Positions 11,466 through 24,357 of a stretch of DNA of 64,000 nucleotides are shown here, in pieces (position 1 is the first letter of the stretch; each line of letters opens with the position of its first letter). The position numbers and the translations under genes were made by a program. The stretch comes from Octopus vulgaris (taxonomy: Eukaryota). The notes beneath the pieces were generated by a model, which ran no database searches, had not been told where the DNA came from, and saw nothing but the letters and a program-made list of their open reading frames with translations. The DNA lies in contig OX597824.1 in NCBI GenBank assembly GCA_951406725.2, positions 3,534,001 to 3,598,000 on the forward strand, in the 5' to 3' direction.

Positions 11466-11468
<3 letters not shown>
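11325..11468 (-). mobile_element. SINE-like family A, 5'-truncated, inverted relative to 10714-10952
   Basis: (CAT)n-TTAACGTCCGCTTTCCATGCTAGCATGGG...CCCTTCCTAACGCCAA. Confidence 0.85.
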
Positions 11469-11529
<61 letters not shown>

Positions 11530-11980
11530 TATGTGTGTGTATATATATATATATATGTGTGTGTATATATACACACACACACACATATATATACAATACT
11601 TACATAAATACATACATATACATATGCATGTATGTATACATGCACATGTGTGTGTGTGCATGTGTGTTAGTGTGTGTGTGTGTAATAGTGTCTCCATGAC
11701 ATGATGGGTGTAAATGAAAACAGAAAATTGTACGAGTGGTTTCCTTCATTTGTATTCTTCCATGATAATATATCTGACAAGAAGAAAATATTATCTGACT
11801 TGGCAACAGGTGAGTGTTGGTGACAGGAAGAGTATCTGGCCAGAGTAAATCTACAAATCTGCCTCAAAAATGCCATGTGACCTTGGCAAGCATAGGAAAA
11901 TGCATGTCAAGATGATGATGATGTATATATGTCCTTGTTGCTTATTTTGAGTATATATATATATATATATTTTATTTATG

Positions 11981-12712
11981 TATTATTTAATAACCACCAA
12001 ATATGTTTTTATGTGCTACTATTAGTTTCATGTACTATTAGTTTCATGTGCCAAAAAGTGTTTTATGACATATCTGGTATTCTGGGACAATCATCAGACA
12101 CTGCCCACATGGCATAACAAACTAAAAATGGAATTAGAGAAGGGAGAAAAGGCAAAAAAGAAGTACATATAAAAAGGTAGAAGGTTGAAAATCCAGAAAA
12201 CGAAAAAGAGATAAAAAAAAAAGTAAACTGATCACAAAAATGTAAGCTATACTTAGTTGAAATAACTGAGATCCTTTTCAGATCTGAGAACTCTAACTCA
12301 CTGCTGAACTCTAGATCTGAAATTTTCAGTGGGTGTAAGCATATGCCTAAGTTCCTGTTGATGAACTGGAAAGTTCCTATCTACCAGATTGAGTAAGTGT
12401 ATCATAGGCTCTAAGTCACTATCTTTTCAGTCCTATATTTTCAGTCTAAGGGAAATAACTCTTATTCTCCCTTTTGTTTCTTTCTGATTTCTTTTTCATT
12501 TTCCAGTTTTTTAACCTTCCACCTTTTATATATACTTCCTCTTGCTGTTTATTGCTTTTTCTGTTGTCCAACTTTTAGTTCATTATGCCATGTGGGCAGT
12601 GTCTGATGATTGTACTGGGAAACCAGGCATGCTATAAAACACTGTTTGGCTTGTTCTCAGACCATGAAACTAATAGTAGCACATAAAAACACATTTTGGC
12701 TATTAAATAATA
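11981..12712. mobile_element. Fold-back/MITE-like element with ~230-240 bp imperfect terminal inverted repeats
   Basis: Left arm (TATTATTTAATA...TTTTTATGTGCTACTATTAGTTTCATG...ACAATCATCAGACACTGCCCACATGGCATAA...AGAAGGTTGAAAA) is reverse-complementary to the right arm at about 12480-12712. Confidence 0.75.
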
Positions 12713-14370
12713 TTTATCTCTCACCAGATGGAATACTTTTTTTGTTGATCTTACCATCACAGAACAGTACAACACACACACACACATATAAAACAAAATA
12801 CTTCTGCACAATTTCTGTCTACAAATTTTTTTGTCATTCATTGTTGGGCAAATTGAATCTACAAAAGAAGAAACTTGTCTAAGCCTTTAGCATTCAGCTT
12901 ATTCTCTCAAATGTTACGGTTATTTACACACACTGCTGTTTTGAAGTGATCCTGCATTGTCTTATAGCTTTGAGATTTTGGTGATATGATTGTTTATCTT
13001 TAGAACAACATTATCAGGTAGGTGTGAGAGGCCAGATCTGGTCAGCTGGAGCATAAAACAAGTAGAATATTTTGGTTGGATTCAGCTGGTTGATATGTTA
13101 AAGGGCTGAAGTACTATGCAGTGGGATTAAACCAAGAAGCACACAGCTGCAAAGGAAAGTTCCCACCCACTCATCAATCCAAGCACTTCACGTTTGAAAA
13201 GACGCAATATTTAATGTAGAAATATTAAATATTTAATATAGAAATAATATTTCAGATTTCAAAAGAGAAAGCAACATGGATGGTTTTGTTTTTTCCTTTT
13301 TGCATCCAACTCTCCAGCAGTCATTTGTCGAATCAATATTGAAAGTATTTTAAGTCGATGACAAGTGGATTAAGAAAGAAACGTTCTCTTGCTGGAAATT
13401 GGCAGCATAATCGACAATGGTAAAAGTGGAATCATCATCATCAGTATTACCATCATCATTGTCATCATCCTCATCATCATCAACATCATTTGATGTTTGG
13501 TTTTTCATACTGGTATGGATTGGAGAGTTTCACATGGTCTGATGAGTGAAAGGGCTGCAGCTTGCAACAATGTCTTCTTCAGCATAGTTGCCATGGATGG
13601 ATATCCTTCTTAATGTCAACAACTTTCTGGACTGAACTATGTAGGTGCTTTTTGTCTTCAAAGTACCAACTCTAGTGATGATTGCCTTGAAACTTACAAG
13701 GGTGAAGAGCCTAATGTGGCCTTTATAACTGAGGGGGAAACAGAACAAAGAAGGGGGTCATGGCATTTTGGCGAAGGGATGAGGGAATGATAAGAGGTGA
13801 AAATGGGGAGAGTCTGGCAGAGAAGAGGCGTGGGAGAAGGGAACTAGTAAGACAATTGAGAAAAAGGGATAGAATTGAAACTAGCAAAGATAAACCGCAC
13901 ATTGTAGAACATTATAGGAGAGATTGGATGGAAGGGGATCAGTATTCAATGGCACCCTTCAGGTAATGCAGGAGGGACAGAAGCAGTGACAGGAAGCCAA
14001 TAAGAAAATGAGAGTCTGGAAATTTACTAGTCAGGAGTAGTAGTAATAGTAGTAGTAGTGGTGGTGGTGGTGGTGGTTGTTATTTTTATACTCATCATTA
14101 AAATCATCATCATTGCTACATTCTGAGTTCAAATTCCGCCGAGATCGACTTTGCTTTTCATCCTTTCGGGGTCGATAAGTTAAGTACCAGTTATGCACTA
14201 GAGTCGATATAATCGACTTAATCCCTTTGTCTGTCCTTGTTTGTCCCCTCTGTGTTTAGCCCCTTGTGGGTAGTAAAGAAATATATCATTATGGTGGTGG
14301 TGGTGGTGGTAGTTACAGTTGATGTTTATTTTTTTTCTGAAAATAATTTTATTCTGTTCTATTTCTTCAG

Positions 14371-14396
14371 GCTAAAGAATAATATCACCCGGTTTG
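14371..14396 (+). CDS. GRAMD4: GRAMD4-like 26-nt microexon, phase 2 to 1
   Basis: ttctatttcttcag|G CTA AAG AAT AAT ATC ACC CGG TTT G|gtaagt; encodes (K)LKNNITRF(G); needed to keep frame between the flanking exons. Confidence 0.85.
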
Positions 14397-15594
14397 GTAA
14401 GTACATCAAACATCCAACATCCCCTTTGGATATCCTTCTTTTTCCCTTCTTTTTTTCCCTTCTGTCTTTCCCTCCTGCCCCATTATTTGGTGCAAACATA
14501 TATTTGTGGCTAAGAAGCTCAATTTTACAACCTTCAGGGTTTTAAGGTCAGTCCCTCTGCACATTACCTTGGGCAAGTGTCTTCTACTATAGCCTCAGGC
14601 TGACCAAAGCTTTGTAAGTGGATTTGGTCACTGGAAACTGAAAGAAGTCTGTCATATATCATCATCATCATCATTTAACATCTGCTTTCCATGCTCGCAT
14701 GGATTGGACGATTTGACTGAGATCTGGTGAGCCAGGAGGCTGCAATCTGATCTGGCAGAGTTTCTACAGCTGGATGCCCTTCCTAACGCCAACCACTCCA
14801 AGAGTGTAGTTACTAATAATAATAATAATAATCCATGTATATTCCATCCATGGGTTCTTATCATTATTACTATATTCATCCTACATTATATCAGCTTGAT
14901 GATCCCACCACCATCAAAGGAAAAAACCCCATAAAACTGCAATTGCAATTTGGTATCATTAGGCTGTAGCCAACCATGGCCATTGGCAGCCTCCCCTGGC
15001 ACATAAAAAGCACCATCCATATGTGGTCGATGCCAGCGGTACCTTGACTGGCTTCCCTGCTGGTGGCACGTAAAAAGCACCAATCAACCGTGGCTGTTGC
15101 CAGCCCCCCCTGGCACCTGTGCCAGTGGCATGTAATAAGCACCCACTACACTCACTGAGTGGTTGGCATTAGGAAGAGCATCCATGATTGGTTGGTGCTT
15201 TTTACGTGCCACCGGCACGGAAGCCAGTCAAGGTGGTGCTGTAATTAAGAAGTTTGTTTCACAACCCCAGTTCAGTCCTGCCATGTGGTACCTTGAGCAA
15301 GTATCTTCCACAATAGTTCCAGGCTAACCAAAGTCACATGAGTGGATTTGGTGGAAAATAACTGAAAGAAGCCTGTCGTGTGTGTGGGTGGGTGGGGGAG
15401 TCTTTTCGTGTTATGTTTGTGCCACACCAAAACTTGACAACTGGTGTTGGTTTGTTTACATCCCAGTAATTTAGCGGTTTGGCTAAAGAAACCAAAAAAT
15501 AAGTACCATGCCTAAAAAATAAGTACCGAGGTCAACTTGTCCAACTAAACTGTTCAAGGAGCCCCAACAATAGTTTTAGACTAACAAATAACAG

Positions 15595-16000
15595 TCACCT
15601 TACTGGCACTCGAGCCCGGTGCTAGTAGGGTATTAAGAGCACCATCCGAGCGGGATTGTTGCCAGAGTGGCTATCTGGCCTCCATGCCGGTGGCATGTAA
15701 AAGGCACCATTCAAGCGGGATCATTACCAGCATCGCCTTACTGGCACCTGTGCCGGTGGCATGTGTAAAAGATTCGAGCGAGGTCGTTGCCAGTACCACC
15801 TGACTGGCTCCATGCTGGTGGCACGTAAAAGCACCCACTACACTCTCGAAGTGGTTGGAGTTAGGAAGGGCATCCAGCTGTAGAAAGTCTGCCAGATCAA
15901 GATTGGAGCCTGGTGCAGCCATCTGGTTCGCCAGCCCTCAGTCATTCATCCAACCCATGCTAGCATGGAAAGCAGACGTTAAACGATGATGATGATGATG
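15595..16000 (+). mobile_element. SINE-like family A, subfamily 1
   Basis: Monomer array, body and (GAT)n tail. Confidence 0.85.
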
Positions 16001-17066
16001 AATAGTTTTAGACAAGTATCACCATCGTACAAGTGATGTCCATTGCTTCCAATCTTCAATGAAAGCATTTTGTCACCATCGGCAGTTATTAGCTTGCTTG
16101 GAAAGGGGCAAGGTTTGGAGACAGGAAAGGCATCCAGCTGTAGACAATCTATCTCAACAGATTCCATCTGACCCATGTAAGCATGGAAAATTGGATGCTA
16201 AAATGATGATGATGATGATGGTGGTGGTGGTGATTGCATCCTGTTCTTTTTTTCCTATCTTCCACCCATCCTTCTTCTTACCTAATTGAAAGATATCAAT
16301 AATGAGTTTACCGTGTTTATTCTAACTTGTTACCAAGGCAACTGTGTTTCATTTAATGGCTGCTGACAGCAAAATACGTAGGAGGCAGTCCGATAGCTAC
16401 CACCCGTGGCTGGAATAACTGTAACAGAATATCATGCTGATAAGCTCATGTGTTTAAATCCCCAGCAGATTTATTACAACCAAAGACACTCCAGTTGTGA
16501 CCATCCCATCTATTTTTCATTCACATATAATATATGTTAGATGTCTATAACAATTATTCTGTCTGATATTTTCTATAATTGTTGTTTAATGCTAGATTAG
16601 TTCTGTTTGTACAGTCAAACAATGTTCCAGCCATGACCCTCCCATTAGACAAAGTATACCTATCTAGTATTATATTACACAGTGTATTCCAGCTATGATT
16701 ATGCTATCTTTTTTCCATCTGCCTTTATGTACCTAGGACTACATATTCAATGTGTCAACTTTCTAAAGTGGTGGAGCAGGGCTTGAAGGTATTTTGCTTC
16801 CTGTTTCTAGCAGCTAAAGCAACCAGGTAGAGGCTCCTTCAAAGTTGTCTGTACAAATGTAAACATGACTATTAAATTGATTGTCACTACGCAATACACT
16901 TTACGGGGAAATTACTTTTTTTTCTCTATAAATAAACAATGTGTAGATTTGTTTGGACTGTTAAGTGCTAAAACAGATCAGATATACATACACATATTTA
17001 TATACATATATACGTGTATACATAAACAGATAAACATACATGTGTGTGCACGTGAGTATATATATA

Positions 17067-17530
17067 TCATCATCATCATCATCATCGTTTAACGTCCGTT
17101 TTCCGTGCTAGCATGGGTTGGACAGTTCGACCGGGGTCTGGGAAGCCAGGAGGCTGCACCAGGCCCAGTCTGATCTGGCAGTGTTTCTACAGCTGGATGC
17201 CCTTCCTAAGGCCAACCACTCCGTGAGTGTAGTGGGTGCTTTTTACGTGCCACCAGCACAGGTGCCAGGGGAGGCTGGCAACATCCACGATCGGTTGGTG
17301 CTTTTTACGTGCCACCAGCACGGAAGCCAGTCGAGGTGGTGCTGGCATTGAGCACATACTGATGGTGCTTTTTACATGCCAGGGGAGGCTGGCAACGACC
17401 ACGATCGGTTAGTAGTTTGTATGTGCCACAGACATGGAAGCCAGTCAAGGCAGTGCTGGCATCGGCCACATACGGATGGTGCTTTTTACGTGCAACCGGC
17501 ACAGAAACCAGTCAAGGCGGCACTGGCATA
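17067..17530 (-). mobile_element. SINE-like family A, subfamily 2, with about 5-6 monomers
   Basis: (CAT)n tail, body, and repeated GGTGCTTTTTACGTGCCACC anchors on the plus strand. Confidence 0.85.
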
Positions 17531-20045
17531 GACATGGCTGTGTGGTTAACAACCTTGCATGTCCCAACCACATGCCTTTAGGTTCAATCCCACTAAATGG
17601 CACCTTTGACAGCGTATTCCACTATTGTCCTGGGTCAGCCAAAGCTTTGTGAGTGGATTTGTTAGACCAAGGTAAGCCCATCAAAAATGCATGTGTGTGA
17701 ACATGTAGGAGTACATGGAGGATGTTATTGTCTCCTTGTCTTAACATTGTGTGATAATCATGGGAATCGCTTTGTTTCCAATTTTCCCTGAGAATATGTC
17801 AGGCCATGCAGGGGGGAGGAGCTATCACCTTACTTGGAAACAGGTGAGGGTTGGCAACAGGAGGAGCATCCAACCATCCAAGCATAACAAAGTAGATAAA
17901 CAATGATGATGATGATGGCTGGGTTGTCGTGAAGAGCTAGTGTTTTTTAGGAAATTTTATAGTAGCAATATCCTAAAAGCAAGTTTTCATGTGGTCACTT
18001 GGATAGAGTAAAGCTCTTTTGTAGCAACACACTGCATCCTTCTCAAGTGCAAGGGGTTTTGCTTTTAATATTCTTTTTTTCTTTTGCATGGGTAATGCTG
18101 TGTACAACCTGGGGAATTACAACCATGTTTCGTGGTCTGCTACCACAATAGCTCCTTTGTAGGATCCTGTTAGCTCAAGACATCATCAGGAGAAACCATA
18201 TCCAGTTTCGGCCCCTACTCCTCTACCGTTTGACGTGGTGCCTGCCCCCCTTTCAGAGGTGTCTTCAACTCTGGTGTTGGGTGCATGTCTTCTTTCTTCT
18301 TTCTTCTGTTCCCTGGCCTCTTCGATGTGTTGTCAGCGAGTGTCAGCTGATGACTGACTGACTTGTCAAATTTTTCCCTTTAAATACCTGCCACTAGGCT
18401 CCATCAGGCAGCCCCAGCAAGTTGTCACGTGACACTGTCTCACCTAAACTGATTAGTGAAGGCGCGTAGTCTTAGCCCACGCATTCTCTAAATGACCATC
18501 ACCTGTCAGTCAGCGAAGCTGATTCAGTGTCAGCTTCTCTCACCTAGTGATGTTATTTCCCGCCGGCATGTTATGACTTTCCAACCATTTTTGGTCTTCC
18601 CGCTTCAGCCATAAATAGAAGCTGGCTTTTTCGACTGCAAACTTCACTGTTTTGTATTCTTAGTCGTTCATTCTGGAGAGATTTGGGTCCTGGTGAGACT
18701 GGGGTTGTCTTGATGGCTTTTAGTCTACTTTCTGTTTACTGTTGGTGTTGCCCCTTTCTCATAGCTAAATATGGTCCCTGGGATTGCTCACAGGGGCCAT
18801 GCTTTCTATGCTCTGTCTTCTCTTTTATGAATATTGTGGAGAAAGTGGATGTAATTTCTGGTGCTTTTTATTGTGTGTGTGTGTGTGTGTGTGTGTGTTT
18901 ATTCTGAATAGGAGGATAGAAATCAATGTTCTCTCACGTTGGTAATAAGGGAGTGGTGGGGTCAGTGAGTTGGGTTGGTGCTACTTTGAATCTGTAGTTG
19001 TGGAGAATCAGACTGCCTCACTGGTGCTGGTGCCATGATAAAGTGCACCAAGTAAACGCCATAAATTGGCTGGTCGTTGGGAATGGCATCTAGCCATGGA
19101 AACCATGCTAGAATAAAACAGACAGGCAAGATGTGCTCTTCTAGTTTATCTGGGAAGGCTGGAGCTTTGAATAAAAACTGACTCAAATTGTGACAAACCA
19201 TCTGACCTGTGCAGCCTGGAAAAGGATCGTGAAATGATGATTAAGACAATGATGATGATGGTGATAATGATGACAGCAGCAATGATGGTGGTGGTGATGG
19301 TGATGGTGGGTAGGGATGTGGAAAGGTATGTCGGTGGGTGGGATTGAATAGGTAGGTTCACATGTATACAGTTCTGCAAAGTTTCCTTCTACCAAATTCC
19401 ACTCACAAGTTTTTCATTAACCCACCAGTAGGAAACACTTGCCTAAGGTGCCATACCGTAGGATCGAACCTGAGAAACCCATGTCTGTAAAACAGGCTTC
19501 TTAACTACGTGGCTACAATAAGAATAATATTAAATAAACAAATAAATTGGTTGGAAAGAAGGAAGGAAGGAAGGACACTGCTTGAAATGTCAATTGGATA
19601 CCACCTCGTCTGATTAGTTATCTCTGTTCCATGGGTCTGTTACATTTGCAGAACTATCAAATAACCACAACACCAACAACAGCAACAACTGTTGCAGCTA
19701 TGAATGCTGCAATTTCGATAACAACAACAACATTGGATTTTTCTTTTTTTTTTAAAGCAATTTCGATGCTTTAAACAAATTTTCCATAATGAATCTTGCT
19801 GCTGGATTTTCCTCCGATGATCTCTCGGCAAATATACCCGAAACAATACGAATAGTTTATTAAACATTTACATGGCATCGATCCAGGTTGGTGTCTATAT
19901 TTGCGAATGCAAATTGTTTCCAATTTCCATAGAGATTCTGGATGCCTGCCACTCCTCTGCTGCTGACCATTAAAGTGGAAGGAAGGTCTTGGATAATTCT
20001 ATTCAATTTTCAAACTTCAATATTCTTTTACATACCCACCTTAGT

Positions 20046-20558
20046 GACACCTGTGCCAGTGGCATGCGTAAAAGATTCAAGCGAGGTCGTTGCCAGTACT
20101 GCCTGACTGGCCCCGTGCTGGTGGCATGTAAAAGACACCATTCAAGCGTGATCGTTACCAGCGTTGCCTTACTGGTACTCATGCCCCATGCTAGTAGGGT
20201 ATTAAGAGCACCATCCGAGTATGATCGTTGCCAGAGTGGCTATCTGGCCTCCATGCCGGTGGCACGTAAAAGACACCATTCGAGCATGATCGTTACCAGC
20301 ATCGCCTTACTGGCACCTGTGCTGGTGGCATGTGTAAAAGATTCGAGCAAGGTCATTGCCAGTACCGCCTGACTGGCCCTGTGCCAGTGGCACGTAAAAG
20401 CACCCACTACACTCTCGGAGTTGTTGGTGTTAGGAAGGGCATCCAGCTGTAGAAAGTGCCAGATCAAGATTGAAGCCTGGTGCAGCCATCTGGTTTGCCA
20501 GCCCTCAGTCAAACCGTCCAACCCATGCCAGCATGGAAAGTGGACGTTAAATGATGAT
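20046..20558 (+). mobile_element. SINE-like family A, subfamily 1, with about 6 monomers
   Basis: Monomer array, body and tail. Confidence 0.85.
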
Positions 20559-22688
20559 ATTTTAGTCTTTTAATGGTTTAGGACAAAATATGTGGCCATG
20601 CTGAAGCACCACCTTTTAGTGGGGGATGGTCAGTGGTTCATAAAGGATCTTCAGTACAATGGTACTTATTTTAGTACTCTATGTTTGTGGAATGACTAAA
20701 GTACACAACTGATGCATTGGACACACACACACACACACATGCAGATACATATATATACACACACACATACACACTGAGGCACATATACAAACATACACAC
20801 ACATATTTATATATACATAAACACATGCACACATGCACATACTCACATGCATGCAGATGCACATATATACACATATACACACATGCAGATGTATATATAT
20901 ATATATATATATGGTGGTGGTGGCGGCTGTTGCTGTTGTTGTTGCTTCAATACATTCTTTGTTTTGGGAGTGGAATATATACAACACACCATCAAGGATA
21001 TGTATTTATAATTTATTATTTTGATTGTTTATGATGGGAATGAAACTACACTGAAAATGGAATAAGTTACCATCAAGCAAGAGCTATGGCCTTGGATGCT
21101 TACAAAATGGTAACTTCTATCAAAAGCGCCCAAACAATGGTTTTTCCCTTCTATGCCCAATAACTTGTTGTGAAGAGTAAAGTATCTACAGTTTCAGTCT
21201 GTAACCCTTCCTCAGAGAATCAAGAAGTAAGAAACTGAAGTGGTGCTCCTTTGGTTCCAGATAGAATTCATTGTGTTACAAAGATTTTGAAGTTAAGGGC
21301 CATAGAGAAGCACATTCTAAAAGAACACCATTGTTTCAGGTACTTTTAACAGAGGCAACAAACACTTTTGTAAGCATTTGTGCCAATTCTCTGCTCTAGG
21401 GCTAACATATTCCATTGCTAAAACGAGTCACAGGGATTCTAAACAAAGATCATGTGACTTCCCTTTCCTCTTCTGTGGTTCAAGTAAAAAATTTTCAAAT
21501 TACTCAAGGGTTGATATAATGAGTACCAGTAATTTGTTTGGGGAATCATTCATTAACTGTATACTTAGAAGAAATCAGTATCAAACAGGCATATAGCATG
21601 TTATACTGCATATAAGTAGGAAATTCTAGTTGACATTTGAGGTAAACTGTATTTCAGAAAGGGGTTTAGGGACTTTTTTTAGGCTTTTTTGTGGGTTTTT
21701 TTTATCATTTGCTTGATCTCTGGAGGGAGGGTCAGTACCCAATATCCCATCAAAGACTGGTAAGAATGACGTCATTAAGGATCTGCTTAAAGGACTATAA
21801 GTCAACACCTGTAGGAAAGATATGAGCTGAGGAAGGGCATTTCATCTGGGGCATTGAATATAGGATGGTTGATGGAAGGAATAGAAATAGCTGGTTCCAA
21901 TTGAAAAAAGGTACACAAAACCAGAAAGCTTCGAAGGATAGAGGGCATTGTAGTCGCAATAGAAAAGACAAAGAAAGAAGACAGCATTCCTATGAGCCAG
22001 AGGCTAGAGTATGTCTTTAAGTGACTCTCTGCCAACTAGTTGAATAACCTTTCTCCACATATGACCTTCTCCATTGATTCATTGTCGTCCATTTATCCTA
22101 TATTTTTCTTGCATTTTTCATTCTGTAAAGCACTTAGATGAATTTAAAGACTGGTATCGTTAGAGAACTTGTACTGACTTTATATCAATATATAAGAAGC
22201 AGGAGATGTGCCAACTCTATTGATGTTCTGCTCTTGGCTATTATCTCTCAGCTACACTGAACAAAACAAAATGAAGATTCAAAAAGAAAAACAAAACGGT
22301 CAAATATAGTTTTTGTAATTCAAATATCTTCTCCCGGGTATATTAGCATCAACTTAGAATATTATCAGTGACTTAATCTTGGTTAAAAATCAACAATAAA
22401 TAAATAAATTCTTTGTGTTTTGGAAATGTTTTTCAAAACATTAGGGAATCAAATATATTTTTAGACATGTCTGATAACTTGTAATTATTCATATACAATG
22501 ATGATGATGATGATGATGATGATTTGGTCTCCCACCATATTTTATCTCCTCTCTGCATTCTGCATGGAATTCATACCAAAGATTCCTTTATGATTCTTAG
22601 CTTCAGGAATTGTTATTTAGCCTTAGGCTAGCCTGCCCTGATCAAGCATGCTTATCATTGGTGATACTTGAACTTCCAGTTAAAAGGG

Positions 22689-22719
<31 letters not shown>

Positions 22720-22799
22720 ATATAGAATCTTCTACCCCCTTCTCTAACCTCTCCTCTGACGATATTACCTCCTCTATTTCTGAACACAGTCCCCAAAAT

Positions 22800-23210
22800 T
22801 CACTTAATTGTAATTGCTGTCCTGGAACCATCTGCCCATTACAAACCCATTGCAGAAGATATAATGTAATTTACAAATGCACGATCCTTAATCTGTTACA
22901 TAACTCTACAGCCATATACATAGGATCAACCAAAAATTTTGAGCAATGATATGCCACTCACCTCCATTCTTTTAGATACGATAAACATAGTAAATGTACA
23001 ACACTTGCCAACCACATACATCATCTCAAAAATACAAATATACCCTATGGTCCATACTGGATTCAGGGCTTCCCTACCGAGGTCAGCACTCAATCTGCAA
23101 ACTTTGCCTGAAAGAGGCATTTCACATATTAAAGCAAAACTCTCCAGCACTGCTAAATAAACATAATGAGACACTAAGCACATGCAACCACCGCTTTTTT
23201 TAACACATTG
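22800..23210 (+). mobile_element. Penelope-like element relic, GIY-YIG endonuclease region (pseudogenised)
   Basis: NCNCCPGTICPLQTHCRRYNVIYKC...YIGSTKNFEQ*, then frameshifted WSILD...CKLCLKEAFHIL...LLNKHNETLSTCNH: Cys knuckle plus VIY...YIG and the C-terminal C..C..E...LNK..E...C.H pattern of Penelope endonucleases. Confidence 0.8.
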
Positions 23211-23559
23211 AAATTCTACCACAAATCCAAATGCCTAAATGACCATACAGTATATTTCCACAATACCCCTTAGGTAACCCCAATAACCTTATAAATCTAC
23301 ATTTTAATTCTTAATCCCTATTTAATTCCTCACTCATACTGTAAGGGGTGGAAGGGACCCCAGGGTGCCAGTGCATTAATGAGGGTGGCGCCACCCATCA
23401 AGTGAGAGAGTTGCCCAACCAGTACGACTTGGAGAGTATGGCCACAGTGGAAGGATCATCTGCCCAAGGATGCCAATGTGTTATAGTGGACAGTCCCAGT
23501 CACTCTGAATGTTGACACACATTGGGATGCTCTGGTGTGTTATATATATATATATATAT

Positions 23560-23862
23560 CACTGTCACCGACCAGGCTATCAGATGTTGCTACATATCGC
23601 TGGTCACAATGCTCTTCGCATTGTTTTAGCCTTCAAATGGTGCCAGCCCGCTGGCTAAGCGAGCAGGCCAACAGAAAAAAGAGTGGGAGAAAGTTGTGGT
23701 AAAAGAGTACTGCAGGGTTTGGCACCACCCCCTGCTGGAGCCTCGTGGAGCTTTAGGTGTTTTCGCTCAATAAACACTCACAATGCCCGGTATGAGAATC
23801 GAAACTGCGATCCTACGAACGCGAGTCCGCTGCCCTAACCACTGGTCCATTGCGCCTCCACA
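23560..23862 (-). mobile_element. tRNA-derived SINE family D
   Basis: Minus strand GGAGGCGCAATGGACCAGTGGTTAGGGCAGCGGACTCGCG...GTTTCGATTCTC; head homologous to 28474-28855. Confidence 0.85.
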
Positions 23863-24315
23863 CACACACACACACACACATAAATGCAAATGAGTAATGT
23901 AAGATGTTTGCTTTAGTATGCATAATTGCTCAATGCAATGATGCAAGCTGAACTGTTGCTGTAGCCATGGTGTTCCAGCGATCTGATGAGTTAGCTTTGA
24001 ATATTTGCATTAATTTGTGTGTAGACAATTGTATTGTATAACGGTGAGCATGCATATTAATACACACATGTATGCATAATTTTGTGCATATTGAAATTAA
24101 TGCTACATGGTGGAGTTTGAGAAATGTTTGTAACACTATGGAAGTCACATGATTAAATAAATATATATTCTTCTCTCACACTTCCTTTGTGTGTGTGTGT
24201 GTGTGTGTATGTGTGTGTGTCTTAGTGCAAGTGGTATTTCCCTCTTCACAGCATCATTCCTTTCTTTAATTCCTTCTCTTTCATCTCCCTCCCATCACTT
24301 GCCTGTCTGTCTGTC

Positions 24316-24357
<42 letters not shown>

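Noticed and set aside
20046-20405. CRISPR-like repeat-spacer array (GGTGGCACGTAAAAG anchors every ~60 bp)
   Set aside because: The spacers are homologous to each other and recur in the same order in other dispersed copies. The context is eukaryotic with no cas genes; the array is part of SINE-like family A.
23340-23545. Possible solo LTR (TGTAAG...GTTATA)
   Set aside because: The 3' end is not CA, and no TSD, primer-binding site or second copy was seen.
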